A stretch of DNA of 32,000 nucleotides from assembly GCF_030253515.1 (NCBI RefSeq), contig NZ_CP124549.1:780001-812000 (forward strand), read 5' to 3'. This document shows, piece by piece, positions 1 to 8,428 of the stretch (positions are counted from its first letter, which is position 1; each line of letters starts with the position of its first letter). Under the pieces are notes generated by a model. The model did not search any database. It saw only the letters and a program-made list of their open reading frames with translations, and was not told where the DNA came from. Both the position numbers and the translations under genes were made by a program. The stretch is from Candidatus Nanosynbacter lyticus (GTDB taxonomy: Bacteria; Patescibacteriota; Saccharimonadia; Saccharimonadales; Saccharimonadaceae).

Positions 1-2416
1 CTTTCACTGACTGTCGGCCGCGCACCACGCACATCGCCACTACAAACATGCCAACCAGCCGCGATACTAATGAGCTGTCGTCTGCACTTGATTGAGTTGT
101 TGTCGTGAATTCTTCCTCCGGATTGAGCTGGCTGTCGTCCGGCCATAGGCCAGGAGATGGGCGGCTTTTTACGACCAAAACATTGTCACTCACGGCACTC
201 ATTTCGCTATTATAACCGTAACTGTCAACCGCCAAATCATTCTGTTCGTCCACTTCAGATTCTACCGCCTCAGACACTTCAGCAGCAGCAAGTTCTGCTT
301 GCGCTTCAGACAAATCGACGACTGACTCTATGCCACTAGTATCCATAGTTATAGTTTCAACTTCAGCATCCAGACACAACAAATCGCTTTTTTCCGATGC
401 TTTCATAACTATATTGTCACGCTCCTCGCGAGGCATGATGCGCTCCTCTAAAATTTCCACTACTGGCTCATCCAGCTCAACATCAGGTATTAGCTCAACA
501 GCTGGCGAGATAGGAATAACTATCTGCTCTACTGGCTCATAATCATTGGTGACTTCAGGAACTGATACCGCCTTAGAATTGTCCAATTGCCCCGCGGAAT
601 CCATATCAACACTAATCTCGTCGTCCACAGAGGGTTTCAAATCATCGACTTCTTCACGCACCGTAGTTGCCTCCATTGATAGCGCAATCGTCACCATTTC
701 AGCCGAAGATACGTTCAACTCTACTGATGACGGCGCTTGTTGTTCGACAAAAAACACCATATCCTCCTCAGCCCAAGCTTCGTTGTCCTCGCCATATTCA
801 ACGATATCTTGAGCTGATAATGACACAATCACCGGCTGATCAGGCTGCTCTTTCGCTGGAATTGATGCGGCCGCATTAACCATCTTTTCAGTAGATGTCT
901 CGTTTGTTTCGTATTCCGCCGACACATTAACGGCGTCCTCTTGCTCCTGATATGGCGACACATTAGATGCGGTTGGAATTACATGCTTGGGCTGTTCGAC
1001 ATCAACGCCATCGGTCGATTCGACAAAATTATTATAATCCGGCGCCGCATCTATACTAATCTCGCTAGGTTGAGCGTCTGTTGATGCTTTCGTACCAGAA
1101 TTATCAATTGGCCCCGTGGTCGCAGATTCATCCGCCCTTACTGCGTCAAATCGCGCTGCCAGGTGTTGCTGCTCGGAAACTGGCGTAGCACTTTCATCAT
1201 TTTCTGCTGCTCGGCTCGGCTCAAAATTGGCTGATTTTGACCCTGTTATAACAAAAACTTTTTCTTTTTGGCGTTCAATTGATGGTGTTTTTACACTTGA
1301 TGGCGCAGTAGTTTCATCGCCATCATATGTATTTTCCACAACACTATCGACGGGTTTACCTTCGCCAGACAAGAAGTTAGCAGTTTCATTTTTTGGCAAA
1401 GTATTATTCTCGTTAGCGGTTTGAGTATCCTCGCTTGCCCCCGGCGATGACGACACAGTTTTCGTTTGCGTTTGCGTCGGTATGTCTGAAGATTCGAATG
1501 CTGGCTGCTCACTTTCTTTATCTACTGCGTCAGAGATAATAGCAGGAGTTTGCTGTTTTATTTCTATTGACGGACGATTTTCCTCTGTTGGTTCGGTAAA
1601 ATACTCCTCGCCAGATGTATTGACGGACACTTCGCTAACAATTTCTGGCTGGGCTTCTCTAATCTCATCAACATCATCAGCGGCATCTTCCATAACAATT
1701 GCTGATTCCAAAAACAATTGTTCCGCCTCCTTAATATCCGCAGGTTCGTCTGGAGATTCTGTTGTTTCACTAGTCGGGATTTCATCACCTTGATTCGGCG
1801 GCGCAACCTGCTCAATTAGTTTATCCGTCTTATCGTCACTTGTTTCAGTGATATCTGCATTTGTTGAATCCGCCCCGCTATCAGGATTAGCGTAACCCGC
1901 CACGACAATACCGTCATCGTCGTCACTCAGCAAATCTCTTAAATATGATTCGCGTTCTGGCGCTGGCTGCAAATTTTCATTAGCAAAATTGCGCATACGT
2001 AAAATCGGACAGTCGTCGCGTGCTGCGCAACTAGCACAAGCTGCGCTCGCCACACCTTGACATATTGCTGCCCTTCGCTCATCACTCATCTGGTTTTCCG
2101 ACGAGTTAATCTCGCTTTTGCCGGCAAGCGATAATGCGTCAACCGGCGTCAGCACTTTTGAATTACCTTGGCTGCTCGCATCGCTCATCGCGGTGTCAAG
2201 CTTTTCTTTGCCGCCAGCCACCGCTACCAAGTCAAGCTTACCAGCTGCTTCGTCTGTACCAATATTTACTTCTTCACCAATATCATCAATGCCAGACGAA
2301 AAATCCTCACCGCCAGCGCCGCTCCTCAACGACAAAAATACATCAAAACCACCGCCGTTGTTGTCAGCAACGGCTGTCGACGCCAATCCCAATTCAGCCG
2401 TCGCCACCCTGCTCAT
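1..2416 (-). CDS. Hypothetical hyper-acidic low-complexity protein, partial (at least 805 aa visible, C-terminus beyond window start), with an N-terminal C-x7-C-x2-C-x5-CP motif
   Basis: Absent from the ORF track because it has no stop inside the window. I read every minus-strand triplet in the register of ATG 2416..2414 down to position 2 and found no stop. An in-frame stop lies just upstream at 2420..2422. The ATG overlaps the TGA of the upstream CDS (ATGA, 2413..2416). The + strand ORFs listed for 157..2629 are short Ser/Thr-rich mirror images of this frame. The translation starts MSRVATAELGLASTAV and is D/E/S/T/P-rich. Confidence 0.65.
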   Translation of the reverse strand, partial: MSRVATAELGLASTAVADNNGGGFDVFLSLRSGAGGEDFSSGIDDIGEEVNIGTDEAAGKLDLVAVAGGKEKLDTAMSDASSQGNSKVLTPVDALSLAGKSEINSSENQMSDERRAAICQGVASAACASCAARDDCPILRMRNFANENLQPAPERESYLRDLLSDDDDGIVVAGYANPDSGADSTNADITETSDDKTDKLIEQVAPPNQGDEIPTSETTESPDEPADIKEAEQLFLESAIVMEDAADDVDEIREAQPEIVSEVSVNTSGEEYFTEPTEENRPSIEIKQQTPAIISDAVDKESEQPAFESSDIPTQTQTKTVSSSPGASEDTQTANENNTLPKNETANFLSGEGKPVDSVVENTYDGDETTAPSSVKTPSIERQKEKVFVITGSKSANFEPSRAAENDESATPVSEQQHLAARFDAVRADESATTGPIDNSGTKASTDAQPSEISIDAAPDYNNFVESTDGVDVEQPKHVIPTASNVSPYQEQEDAVNVSAEYETNETSTEKMVNAAASIPAKEQPDQPVIVSLSAQDIVEYGEDNEAWAEEDMVFFVEQQAPSSVELNVSSAEMVTIALSMEATTVREEVDDLKPSVDDEISVDMDSAGQLDNSKAVSVPEVTNDYEPVEQIVIPISPAVELIPDVELDEPVVEILEERIMPREERDNIVMKASEKSDLLCLDAEVETITMDTSGIESVVDLSEAQAELAAAEVSEAVESEVDEQNDLAVDSYGYNSEMSAVSDNVLVVKSRPSPGLWPDDSQLNPEEEFTTTTQSSADDSSLVSRLVGMFVVAMCVVRGRQSVK

Positions 2417-3075
2417 TGCTCAAAAAATGTCTCCGTTGAAATATGTGATTCGTCGACGCCAGCGGCGGTTAGTTTTTGCCAAACATCGCGTACAAATGGC
2501 AAGCTGCCACAAACCAGAAAGTGCGCATTACTCGGCACTTCGCTCACAATCTTCGCCACCTCAAACCGCCCGTTATGCCAGCAGTCTGTTTCCTCAACCT
2601 GCTGGCGAGTACTAAACTTGTTGACCTGAATGGATGAGGCTGACAGCTCCTCCGAGAACACCATATATTCTGGCGATTTTTGACTCAAATAGAGAAAGGT
2701 CGGCTGCTTGGCATCCGCCAAAATGCTCCAAATCGGACTCAGCCCGCACCCCGCCGCGATGCCAACCAACGGCCGCTCAGTTTGCGGATTGAAATCGCCG
2801 TACGCTCGGCTAATGTGCAGCGTATCGCTAACGCGGCGCGAACACAAATAGCTGGAGAATTCACCGCCAACATTTTTGACGGTAATTGACATCAGTTCCT
2901 CATGCGGACGCGAAGAAATACTATAGGCCTTGCCTTCGCGCACCTGGCTGCCCTCGATAAACACCGTGATATATTGCCCCGCCATAAAGTCAAACGGCCG
3001 CACGAAATACAGTGTCGTCACCTCAGGATTTTCCTGGCGCACCCGCACAATTTCTACAGTTAGTGAATCACGCAT
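2413..3075 (-). CDS. Ferredoxin-NADP reductase (FNR) family FAD/NAD(P)-binding oxidoreductase, 220 aa
   Basis: The FAD-binding motif is a variant of RxYS (GKAYSISS). The NAD(P)-binding motif has the GxxGxGxxP pattern (GIAAGCGLSPIWS). Length and order match the two-domain FNR fold. It overlaps the nrdG stop by 16 nt and the next gene by ATGA. Confidence 0.8.
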   Translation of the reverse strand: MRDSLTVEIVRVRQENPEVTTLYFVRPFDFMAGQYITVFIEGSQVREGKAYSISSRPHEELMSITVKNVGGEFSSYLCSRRVSDTLHISRAYGDFNPQTERPLVGIAAGCGLSPIWSILADAKQPTFLYLSQKSPEYMVFSEELSASSIQVNKFSTRQQVEETDCWHNGRFEVAKIVSEVPSNAHFLVCGSLPFVRDVWQKLTAAGVDESHISTETFFEQ

Positions 3076-3803
3076 TCCTCGACATACCTTTCCATTATGT
3101 TTTGGGCGGCCCTGAACTCCTCGTCGGTAAAGGTGTGAAACCCGGCAAACTTCGGGCTAATCGTCGTGCCAGTGCGAAAATGCTGCAAGGCAAAGCGTTT
3201 AGCGCCTTTGACCAACTCGCCAATCTTTTCAAAATCCGCCACCTCCAGCTGCTCGCGGACGATCGTCGTCCGAAATTCATGGCCAATTCCCGAATCAATC
3301 ATCAGCCGAACATTGTCTTTGATAGCCTCCAGATCAATCGGCCGCGCTGCAATCTCCACGTATTTTTCTAGCGGCCCCTTGACGTCCATAGCGATAAAGT
3401 CAATCGTCCCCTCCTCGACCATGCCGCGTACTATATCCGGATGCGTGCCATTAGTATCCAGCTTGACATCAAAACCAAGATTCTTGATCATCCGGCACAG
3501 CACCGGCAAATCCTCATTGACCGTCGGCTCGCCGCCAGAAATCACCACGCCGTCTAGCCGACCAACACGCGATTTCAAGAAAATCATCGCCTCCTCAACC
3601 GGGATGCTGGGCGCTAACCGCTCAGGCAATACCAACTCAGGGTTGTGACAGTAGCCGCAGCGCATATTACAGCCAGAGAGAAACAGCGCTGCCGCCACGT
3701 GCCCCGGATAGTCCACCAGCGACAGCTTCTGAATCCCGCCAATCGCCACCTTAAGCTGGGACAGCGACGGCGCAAGCTCGCTGGTGTTCGGCGGCATCGT
3801 CAT
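3060..3803 (-). CDS. nrdG: Anaerobic ribonucleoside-triphosphate reductase activating protein (radical SAM)
   Basis: It has the CxxxCxxC radical-SAM motif (CNMRCGYCHNPE) preceded by SLVDYPG, as is typical of NrdG/PflA-type activases. It lies immediately downstream of nrdD. An SD-like GAGGGAG lies 4 nt upstream of ATG 3803. The start overlaps the nrdD 3' end by 53 nt. Confidence 0.9.
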   Translation of the reverse strand: MTMPPNTSELAPSLSQLKVAIGGIQKLSLVDYPGHVAAALFLSGCNMRCGYCHNPELVLPERLAPSIPVEEAMIFLKSRVGRLDGVVISGGEPTVNEDLPVLCRMIKNLGFDVKLDTNGTHPDIVRGMVEEGTIDFIAMDVKGPLEKYVEIAARPIDLEAIKDNVRLMIDSGIGHEFRTTIVREQLEVADFEKIGELVKGAKRFALQHFRTGTTISPKFAGFHTFTDEEFRAAQNIMERYVEECVIH

Positions 3804-5886
3804 AATGCTCCCTCATGTCAAATTCAGCTTGTTTGCCATTGTTCCACTGAGCAACCGGACGCAAGAAACCAACTACCCGCGAGTAAACCTCAGTCGCTTC
3901 GCCGCAATTCGGACACTCTGGATGCTCGCCGACGATATAGCCGTGATTGGTGCAAATCGAGAAGCTTGGCGTAAAGGTAAAGTACGGCAATTTGTAATTT
4001 TCACAAATCGTTTTGACCAGTTTCTTCAGCGTCTGCGGATCGTCCATGCGCTCACCGAGGAAGAAGTGAATCACCGTGCCGCCCGTGTATTTAGTCTGCA
4101 AATTATCCTGCAAATCCATCAACTCAAACAAGTCGTCGGTGTAATTGACCGGCAAGTGGCTGGAGTTGGTGTAGAACGGATGCTTAACTGCCGCGCCCAA
4201 GCCATTGGCAAAGTGCGCTCGGTCAGGGAAGCTGGCCTTGTCGAGCTGCGCCAAGCGGTAGGTCGTGCCTTCAGCTGGCGTCGCCTCCAGGTTGTAATTA
4301 TTGCCCGTTTCTTTCTGATATTCCACCAAGCGGTCACGCATGAAATCAAGCGTTTTCTCGGCAAACGCCTTACCCTTTTCAGTGCCAATGTCAACGCCCA
4401 GCAAATTCAACGCTGCTTCATTGGTACCGATCAAACCGATGGTCGAGAAGTGATTTTTCCAGTACTCGTTGAAGCGCTTTTTAATATCGCGCAGATAAAA
4501 CTTGGTGTACGGATACAGACTGATGTCCGAATCAGTCAGCTGCTCCAGCACCTTGCGTTTGGTCTCCAGGCTGTCGCGCGCCATATCCATCAGCTCGCCC
4601 AAGCCCTTGAAAAACTCTTTCTCGTTCTTCGATTTCAGCGCTAATCGCGGCAAGTTGATCGTCACCACACCAATTGAGCCGGTCATCGGATTCGAGCCAA
4701 ACAACCCGCCGCCGCGATACTCCAGCTGGCGATTATCGATGCGCAAGCGACAACACATTGAGCGCGCATCCTCTGGATCCATGTCGGAATTGATGAAATT
4801 CGAGAAATACGGAATGCCGTATTTGGCGCTAGCTTCCCAAAGATTTTCAATGACCGGATTATCCCAGTTGAAATCTTTAGTAATATTGACCGTCGGAATC
4901 GGGAAGGTAAAGACCCGGCCGTTGGCGTCGCCCTCAGACAGCACCTCCAGCAGCGCCTTATTAAGCATGTTCATCTCTTCTTGATAATCGCCGTAGTTGG
5001 TGTCCTGCATCTCGCCGCCGATGATCACCGGATTGCCGGCCATATGCTTCGGGCATTCCAGATCAAGCGTGATGTTGGTAAACGGCGTCTGGAAACCAAC
5101 CCGCGTTGGCACGTTAACGTTAAAGACGAATTCTTGCAGCGCTTGCTTAACCTCGTCATAGCTCAGCTTGTCAGCGCGAATGAACGGCGCTAAGAGTGTG
5201 TCAAAATCGGAGAACGCCTGGGCACCAGCCGCCTCGCCCTGCAGGGTGTAGAAAAAATTGACCACTTGCCCAAGAGCTGAACGGAAATGCTTGGCCGGCT
5301 TGGAAGCAACTTTGTTTTTAACGCCAGTGAAACCTTGGCGCAGTAAATCCATCAGATCCCAACCGACACAGTAGACACTCAGTAAATTGAGGTCGTGAAT
5401 ATGCAAATCACCCTCTTTGTGCGCCCGGCCGATTTTCGGCGAATAAATCTTATCCAGCCAGTAGGTCTTGGTAATTTCCGCCGAAACGTAGTTATTCAGG
5501 CCCTGCAAACTATAGCCCATGTTGGAATTTTCTTTGACTTTCCAGTCTAGATTATTGACGTATTTATCGATCAAATCGACGTGCGCATTGGACGTAATTT
5601 CACGCAATTTTTTGTGCTGGTCACGGTAGATGATGTAAGCCTTGGCAGTTTTCTTAAACTTAGAATCAATCAAGGTATCCTCGACAATGTCCTGGATATC
5701 CTCGACGCCCGGCAAGCGTTTTTGGTTGCGGGTTTCTAGTACCGCTAGCACCTTGTCGGTCAGTTTGACGGCCTGTTTGGCGTCAAACTCGCCGGTCTCC
5801 AGGCCCGCCTTCTCGATGGCCTTTTCAATTTTTTTACGGTCAAATTTGACTGTGCGACCGTCGCGTTTTTTGATTGATTTATACAT
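3751..5886 (-). CDS. nrdD: Anaerobic (class III) ribonucleoside-triphosphate reductase, 711 aa
   Basis: The N-terminus is an ATP-cone (MYKSIKKRDGRTVKFDRKKIEKAIEKA). The C-terminus has a Zn-site-like C/H cluster (CTNHGY...ECPNCG) followed by the glycyl-radical motif YSRVVGFLRPV. A strong SD (AAGGAGGGG) lies at 5888..5896. Confidence 0.95.
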   Translation of the reverse strand: MYKSIKKRDGRTVKFDRKKIEKAIEKAGLETGEFDAKQAVKLTDKVLAVLETRNQKRLPGVEDIQDIVEDTLIDSKFKKTAKAYIIYRDQHKKLREITSNAHVDLIDKYVNNLDWKVKENSNMGYSLQGLNNYVSAEITKTYWLDKIYSPKIGRAHKEGDLHIHDLNLLSVYCVGWDLMDLLRQGFTGVKNKVASKPAKHFRSALGQVVNFFYTLQGEAAGAQAFSDFDTLLAPFIRADKLSYDEVKQALQEFVFNVNVPTRVGFQTPFTNITLDLECPKHMAGNPVIIGGEMQDTNYGDYQEEMNMLNKALLEVLSEGDANGRVFTFPIPTVNITKDFNWDNPVIENLWEASAKYGIPYFSNFINSDMDPEDARSMCCRLRIDNRQLEYRGGGLFGSNPMTGSIGVVTINLPRLALKSKNEKEFFKGLGELMDMARDSLETKRKVLEQLTDSDISLYPYTKFYLRDIKKRFNEYWKNHFSTIGLIGTNEAALNLLGVDIGTEKGKAFAEKTLDFMRDRLVEYQKETGNNYNLEATPAEGTTYRLAQLDKASFPDRAHFANGLGAAVKHPFYTNSSHLPVNYTDDLFELMDLQDNLQTKYTGGTVIHFFLGERMDDPQTLKKLVKTICENYKLPYFTFTPSFSICTNHGYIVGEHPECPNCGEATEVYSRVVGFLRPVAQWNNGKQAEFDMREHYDDAAEHQRACAVAVPA

Positions 5887-5970
5887 ACCCCTCCTTATTC
5901 TGGCAACAACAAACCAGCCCCAACCTCCCCGAGGGGCTCGTGTTGCAAAAAACGTTATTTATTTTCTAAA

Positions 5971-6025
5971 ACACCATATCTAGTGCTTAATATAGAATAT
6001 ACACGCGATATATAGCGTTTGTCAA
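5971..6025 (-). promoter_or_regulatory. nrdD promoter with two NrdR-box-like 16-bp palindromes
   Basis: On the minus strand the -35 is TTGACA (6020..6025), followed by an 18-nt spacer and a -10 of TATATT (5996..6001). Box 2 is ACGCTATATATCGCGT (6002..6017) and fills the spacer. Box 1 is GCACTAGATATGGTGT (5971..5986) and lies just downstream of the -10. Both resemble the NrdR consensus acaCwAtATaTwGtgt. Their centres are 31 bp apart. Confidence 0.6.
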
Positions 6026-6044
6026 CGAAAATACATTGTATTAT

Positions 6045-6584
6045 TTACATATGAGAGGCGGAAGTATTTGTTTCCTCTGATAACGCCAAAATGTCGCAGT
6101 GAATCATATCAATAATCTCTGCCTGAGTCAGCCGTTCGCCAATTCGCCGCTCGCCTGGCACACCCAAAACGTCCTGATCTTTCCACCACTGGCGCATCTC
6201 CGATTCGCCAAATTCATGAGCGTTTGGCTTAGTGGCGTGGCGGCGCACCGTTTCCTCAAATGATATGTCAAAATAATAAATCAGTTTTTCGCCCTGAAAA
6301 TCATCCAGCAGCCGACGCAGCATCGCGCCGTATTTTTTATTGCTCAAAATACCTTCCAGAATCACCGTATAACCAACGTTATTGCCGTACATACATAGAT
6401 CATAAATCAGCTGAATCGCCGGGTTGCTTTCACTGTCTTTCACGCGAAGCATCTCCCGCCGCACCACATCCTGCGATACCAACATCGTGCCGTAGCCTAG
6501 CTGACGCTGGAGCAAGCGCGCCGTACTGGTTTTACCGCAACCAGAATTACCACGGAGAATGATTAGTGGATGAGAGGCTGTCAC
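6045..6584 (-). CDS. P-loop NTPase / small-molecule-kinase-like protein (AAA_33-like), 179 aa
   Basis: It has a Walker A motif (GNSGCGKTS) near the N-terminus and the size of a small kinase fold. The start is GTG with GGAG 5 nt upstream. A TATAAT-like hexamer lies about 23 nt further upstream, between this gene and the permease stop. Confidence 0.65.
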   Translation of the reverse strand: MTASHPLIILRGNSGCGKTSTARLLQRQLGYGTMLVSQDVVRREMLRVKDSESNPAIQLIYDLCMYGNNVGYTVILEGILSNKKYGAMLRRLLDDFQGEKLIYYFDISFEETVRRHATKPNAHEFGESEMRQWWKDQDVLGVPGERRIGERLTQAEIIDMIHCDILALSEETNTSASHM

Positions 6585-6626
6585 GTACGCTCCAACAAAT
6601 CATAGATTATAACGACAGTCTCCGTA

Positions 6627-7406
6627 TTACACCCCCGTGTCTCGCCGACAAAATCCGATCAGCGCCACGCCGAGTGCCACCAAGCTCACACAAACCAAAA
6701 CGACCAATTTCCCCAAGTCCAACCCGTCCATCAAAGTACCCGGAATATTGTAATAATGGATCAGCGACCAGACATCGTAGTCTTTCCAACTTTCGATCAG
6801 CTTGGCGGTAATTGACAGGGCATACATTCCTAGAAAAATTAGACTACCAACACCGACAGCCAGCCCGCGCCTACCTGTCACTGCCTGAGTGACAAAGGCG
6901 AGGCTACCAAAACTAAGCCCCAAAAACCACAAACTCACACAAGCCCCGACAACGTGCGTGAGGTTTGGGTGAAAGTCGAACAACGGACCGATGAGCGCAA
7001 TCGTCATACACAATAACACTGGAGGAATCACCAACAATCCTGCCATCGCCGCATATTTTTGCAGTACAATCGTCACGCGAGTCCGTCGACTAGCAAGCAG
7101 TAACTCCAGCGTGCCCGAATCTTCTTCTCGGCCAATTACCCCAGCGCCTAAAATAATCGCTGTAATCACCACGCCGACCATCGCCACTAGCGGAAATAGC
7201 TCAATGCTCAGCCAGCCTTCTGGCGTGGTGCCAATCGCCAAATCGCCAACCACCGCTTTCATGCCAGCCGGCATCATGCTGACAAACGGACTTAATTGAT
7301 CGCTAAATTTATTGAACAGCGCCGAAAACAACACCGCCACAACACTAACACCAATACCCAAAAACAGCGGCAACTTGTAATTTTGCCGCACCGTCTGCCA
7401 CATCAT
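6627..7406 (-). CDS. ABC-2 type transporter permease, 259 aa
   Basis: It is a polytopic hydrophobic protein with about 6 predicted TM segments. It has an ATGA overlap (7403..7406) with the upstream ABC ATPase. Confidence 0.8.
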   Translation of the reverse strand: MMWQTVRQNYKLPLFLGIGVSVVAVLFSALFNKFSDQLSPFVSMMPAGMKAVVGDLAIGTTPEGWLSIELFPLVAMVGVVITAIILGAGVIGREEDSGTLELLLASRRTRVTIVLQKYAAMAGLLVIPPVLLCMTIALIGPLFDFHPNLTHVVGACVSLWFLGLSFGSLAFVTQAVTGRRGLAVGVGSLIFLGMYALSITAKLIESWKDYDVWSLIHYYNIPGTLMDGLDLGKLVVLVCVSLVALGVALIGFCRRDTGV

Positions 7407-8308
7407 CGCTTTGCCTCCTCGCCTTCATAATACCGCATAAATAACTCCTCTAGTTCTAACTCTGATTCACGCAATAGTTTTGGTTGGTATTCGGCGATGA
7501 ACGAGACAAACTCCGTCGCGTCGCCCTTGACGGTGAACTCATATTCGTCGCCACGGTGTTGAACGTCGGTGATGGACGGTAGTTTTCTGGCTGCCGCTAG
7601 GGACGGTTTTTTGGCAAAGGTCACAATGTAGCGGTGCGTTGACAGGTGTTTCATGGTCGCAATATTTTCAATGGCAATCAATTTTCCATCGCGAATAAAG
7701 CCAGCACGGTGGCAAATTTTTTGCACTTCAGCCAGGTCGTGACTGCTGACGAACACTGTGGCGCCTTGCTCGGAAGCTTCGCGCACCAAGTCATAAAATA
7801 CCTGCTTCATCAGCGGATCCAGCCCGCTGGTTGGCTCATCCAAAATTAGCAATTTCGGGCGGTGCATAAAGGCTTGAATCAGACCAATTTTCTGACGATT
7901 ACCCTTGGAAAGCTGGCGAATCGGTCGATCCAGCGCCGCCTCAAAACGCTCAGTCAACTCATCAACATAGCGCCAATCAACCTTCCGACCCGTCCGCGCC
8001 AAAAATTTCAGCAATTTCCGGCCAGTCATAGTTTCATACAGGGCGATGTCGCCCGCCAGATAACCAACCTGATCATGAAGGGCTGTTCGCTCCTCAACAC
8101 TCTTCCCGCCCAACAACTCTACCCAGCCGTCCGTCGGCCTCAAAAAATCCATCACCGACCGAATCGTTGTACTTTTACCCGCACCATTCGGCCCAAGAAA
8201 ACCAAACACCTCGCCTTCGCGTAGCTCCAGCGATACATTGTTGACTGCCAGTTTATGACCAAAGCACTTGGTCAGCCCGTGTAATATCAGCGGTGAAGTA
8301 TCACTCAT
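7403..8308 (-). CDS. ABC transporter ATP-binding protein (DrrA/NatA-like with C-terminal extension), 301 aa
   Basis: It has Walker A (GPNGAGKST), a signature motif (LSKGNRQK), Walker B (LLILDEPTSGLD) and an H-loop (VSSHDL). An AAGGAG SD lies upstream. Confidence 0.95.
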   Translation of the reverse strand: MSDTSPLILHGLTKCFGHKLAVNNVSLELREGEVFGFLGPNGAGKSTTIRSVMDFLRPTDGWVELLGGKSVEERTALHDQVGYLAGDIALYETMTGRKLLKFLARTGRKVDWRYVDELTERFEAALDRPIRQLSKGNRQKIGLIQAFMHRPKLLILDEPTSGLDPLMKQVFYDLVREASEQGATVFVSSHDLAEVQKICHRAGFIRDGKLIAIENIATMKHLSTHRYIVTFAKKPSLAAARKLPSITDVQHRGDEYEFTVKGDATEFVSFIAEYQPKLLRESELELEELFMRYYEGEEAKR

Positions 8309-8428
8309 AACGACTCCTTTTTATAGTCATTACTTGCTATGGTTTAAGTATATAACATGGTAGGGGTTTACGCCACCAAACCAAAACGTAACTTTCTTTA
8401 ATTGTAAGTAGTCTCAGCTAGCCAACTC

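Noticed and set aside
157-2629. Nine + strand ORFs of 60-165 aa (157..339, 330..542, 546..812, 667..879, 1116..1424, 1482..1793, 2118..2615, 2134..2439, 2168..2629) and two minus ORFs (1291..1512, 1564..1815).
   Set aside because: They are short, mutually overlapping and Ser/Thr/Cys- or Arg/Gln-rich. They are the expected mirror or off-frame products of the long uninterrupted D/E-rich minus-strand frame 1..2416. None has an SD or promoter context.
3784-4644. 286-aa + strand ORF, plus other + strand ORFs at 3166..3648, 4502..4984, 4981..5193 and 5642..5983, all antisense to nrdG/nrdD.
   Set aside because: All lie entirely inside the confidently identified nrdD/nrdG genes on the opposite strand. 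Their translations are Arg/Leu/Gln-rich with no recognisable motif. These are classic shadow ORFs.
8309-8428. Possible response-regulator binding site (TTACA ... TTACG direct repeat) upstream of the ABC operon.
   Set aside because: The repeat units are only 4-5 nt and are spaced 16 nt apart. OmpR-family sites typically have a 10-11 nt periodicity. This is not distinguishable from chance.
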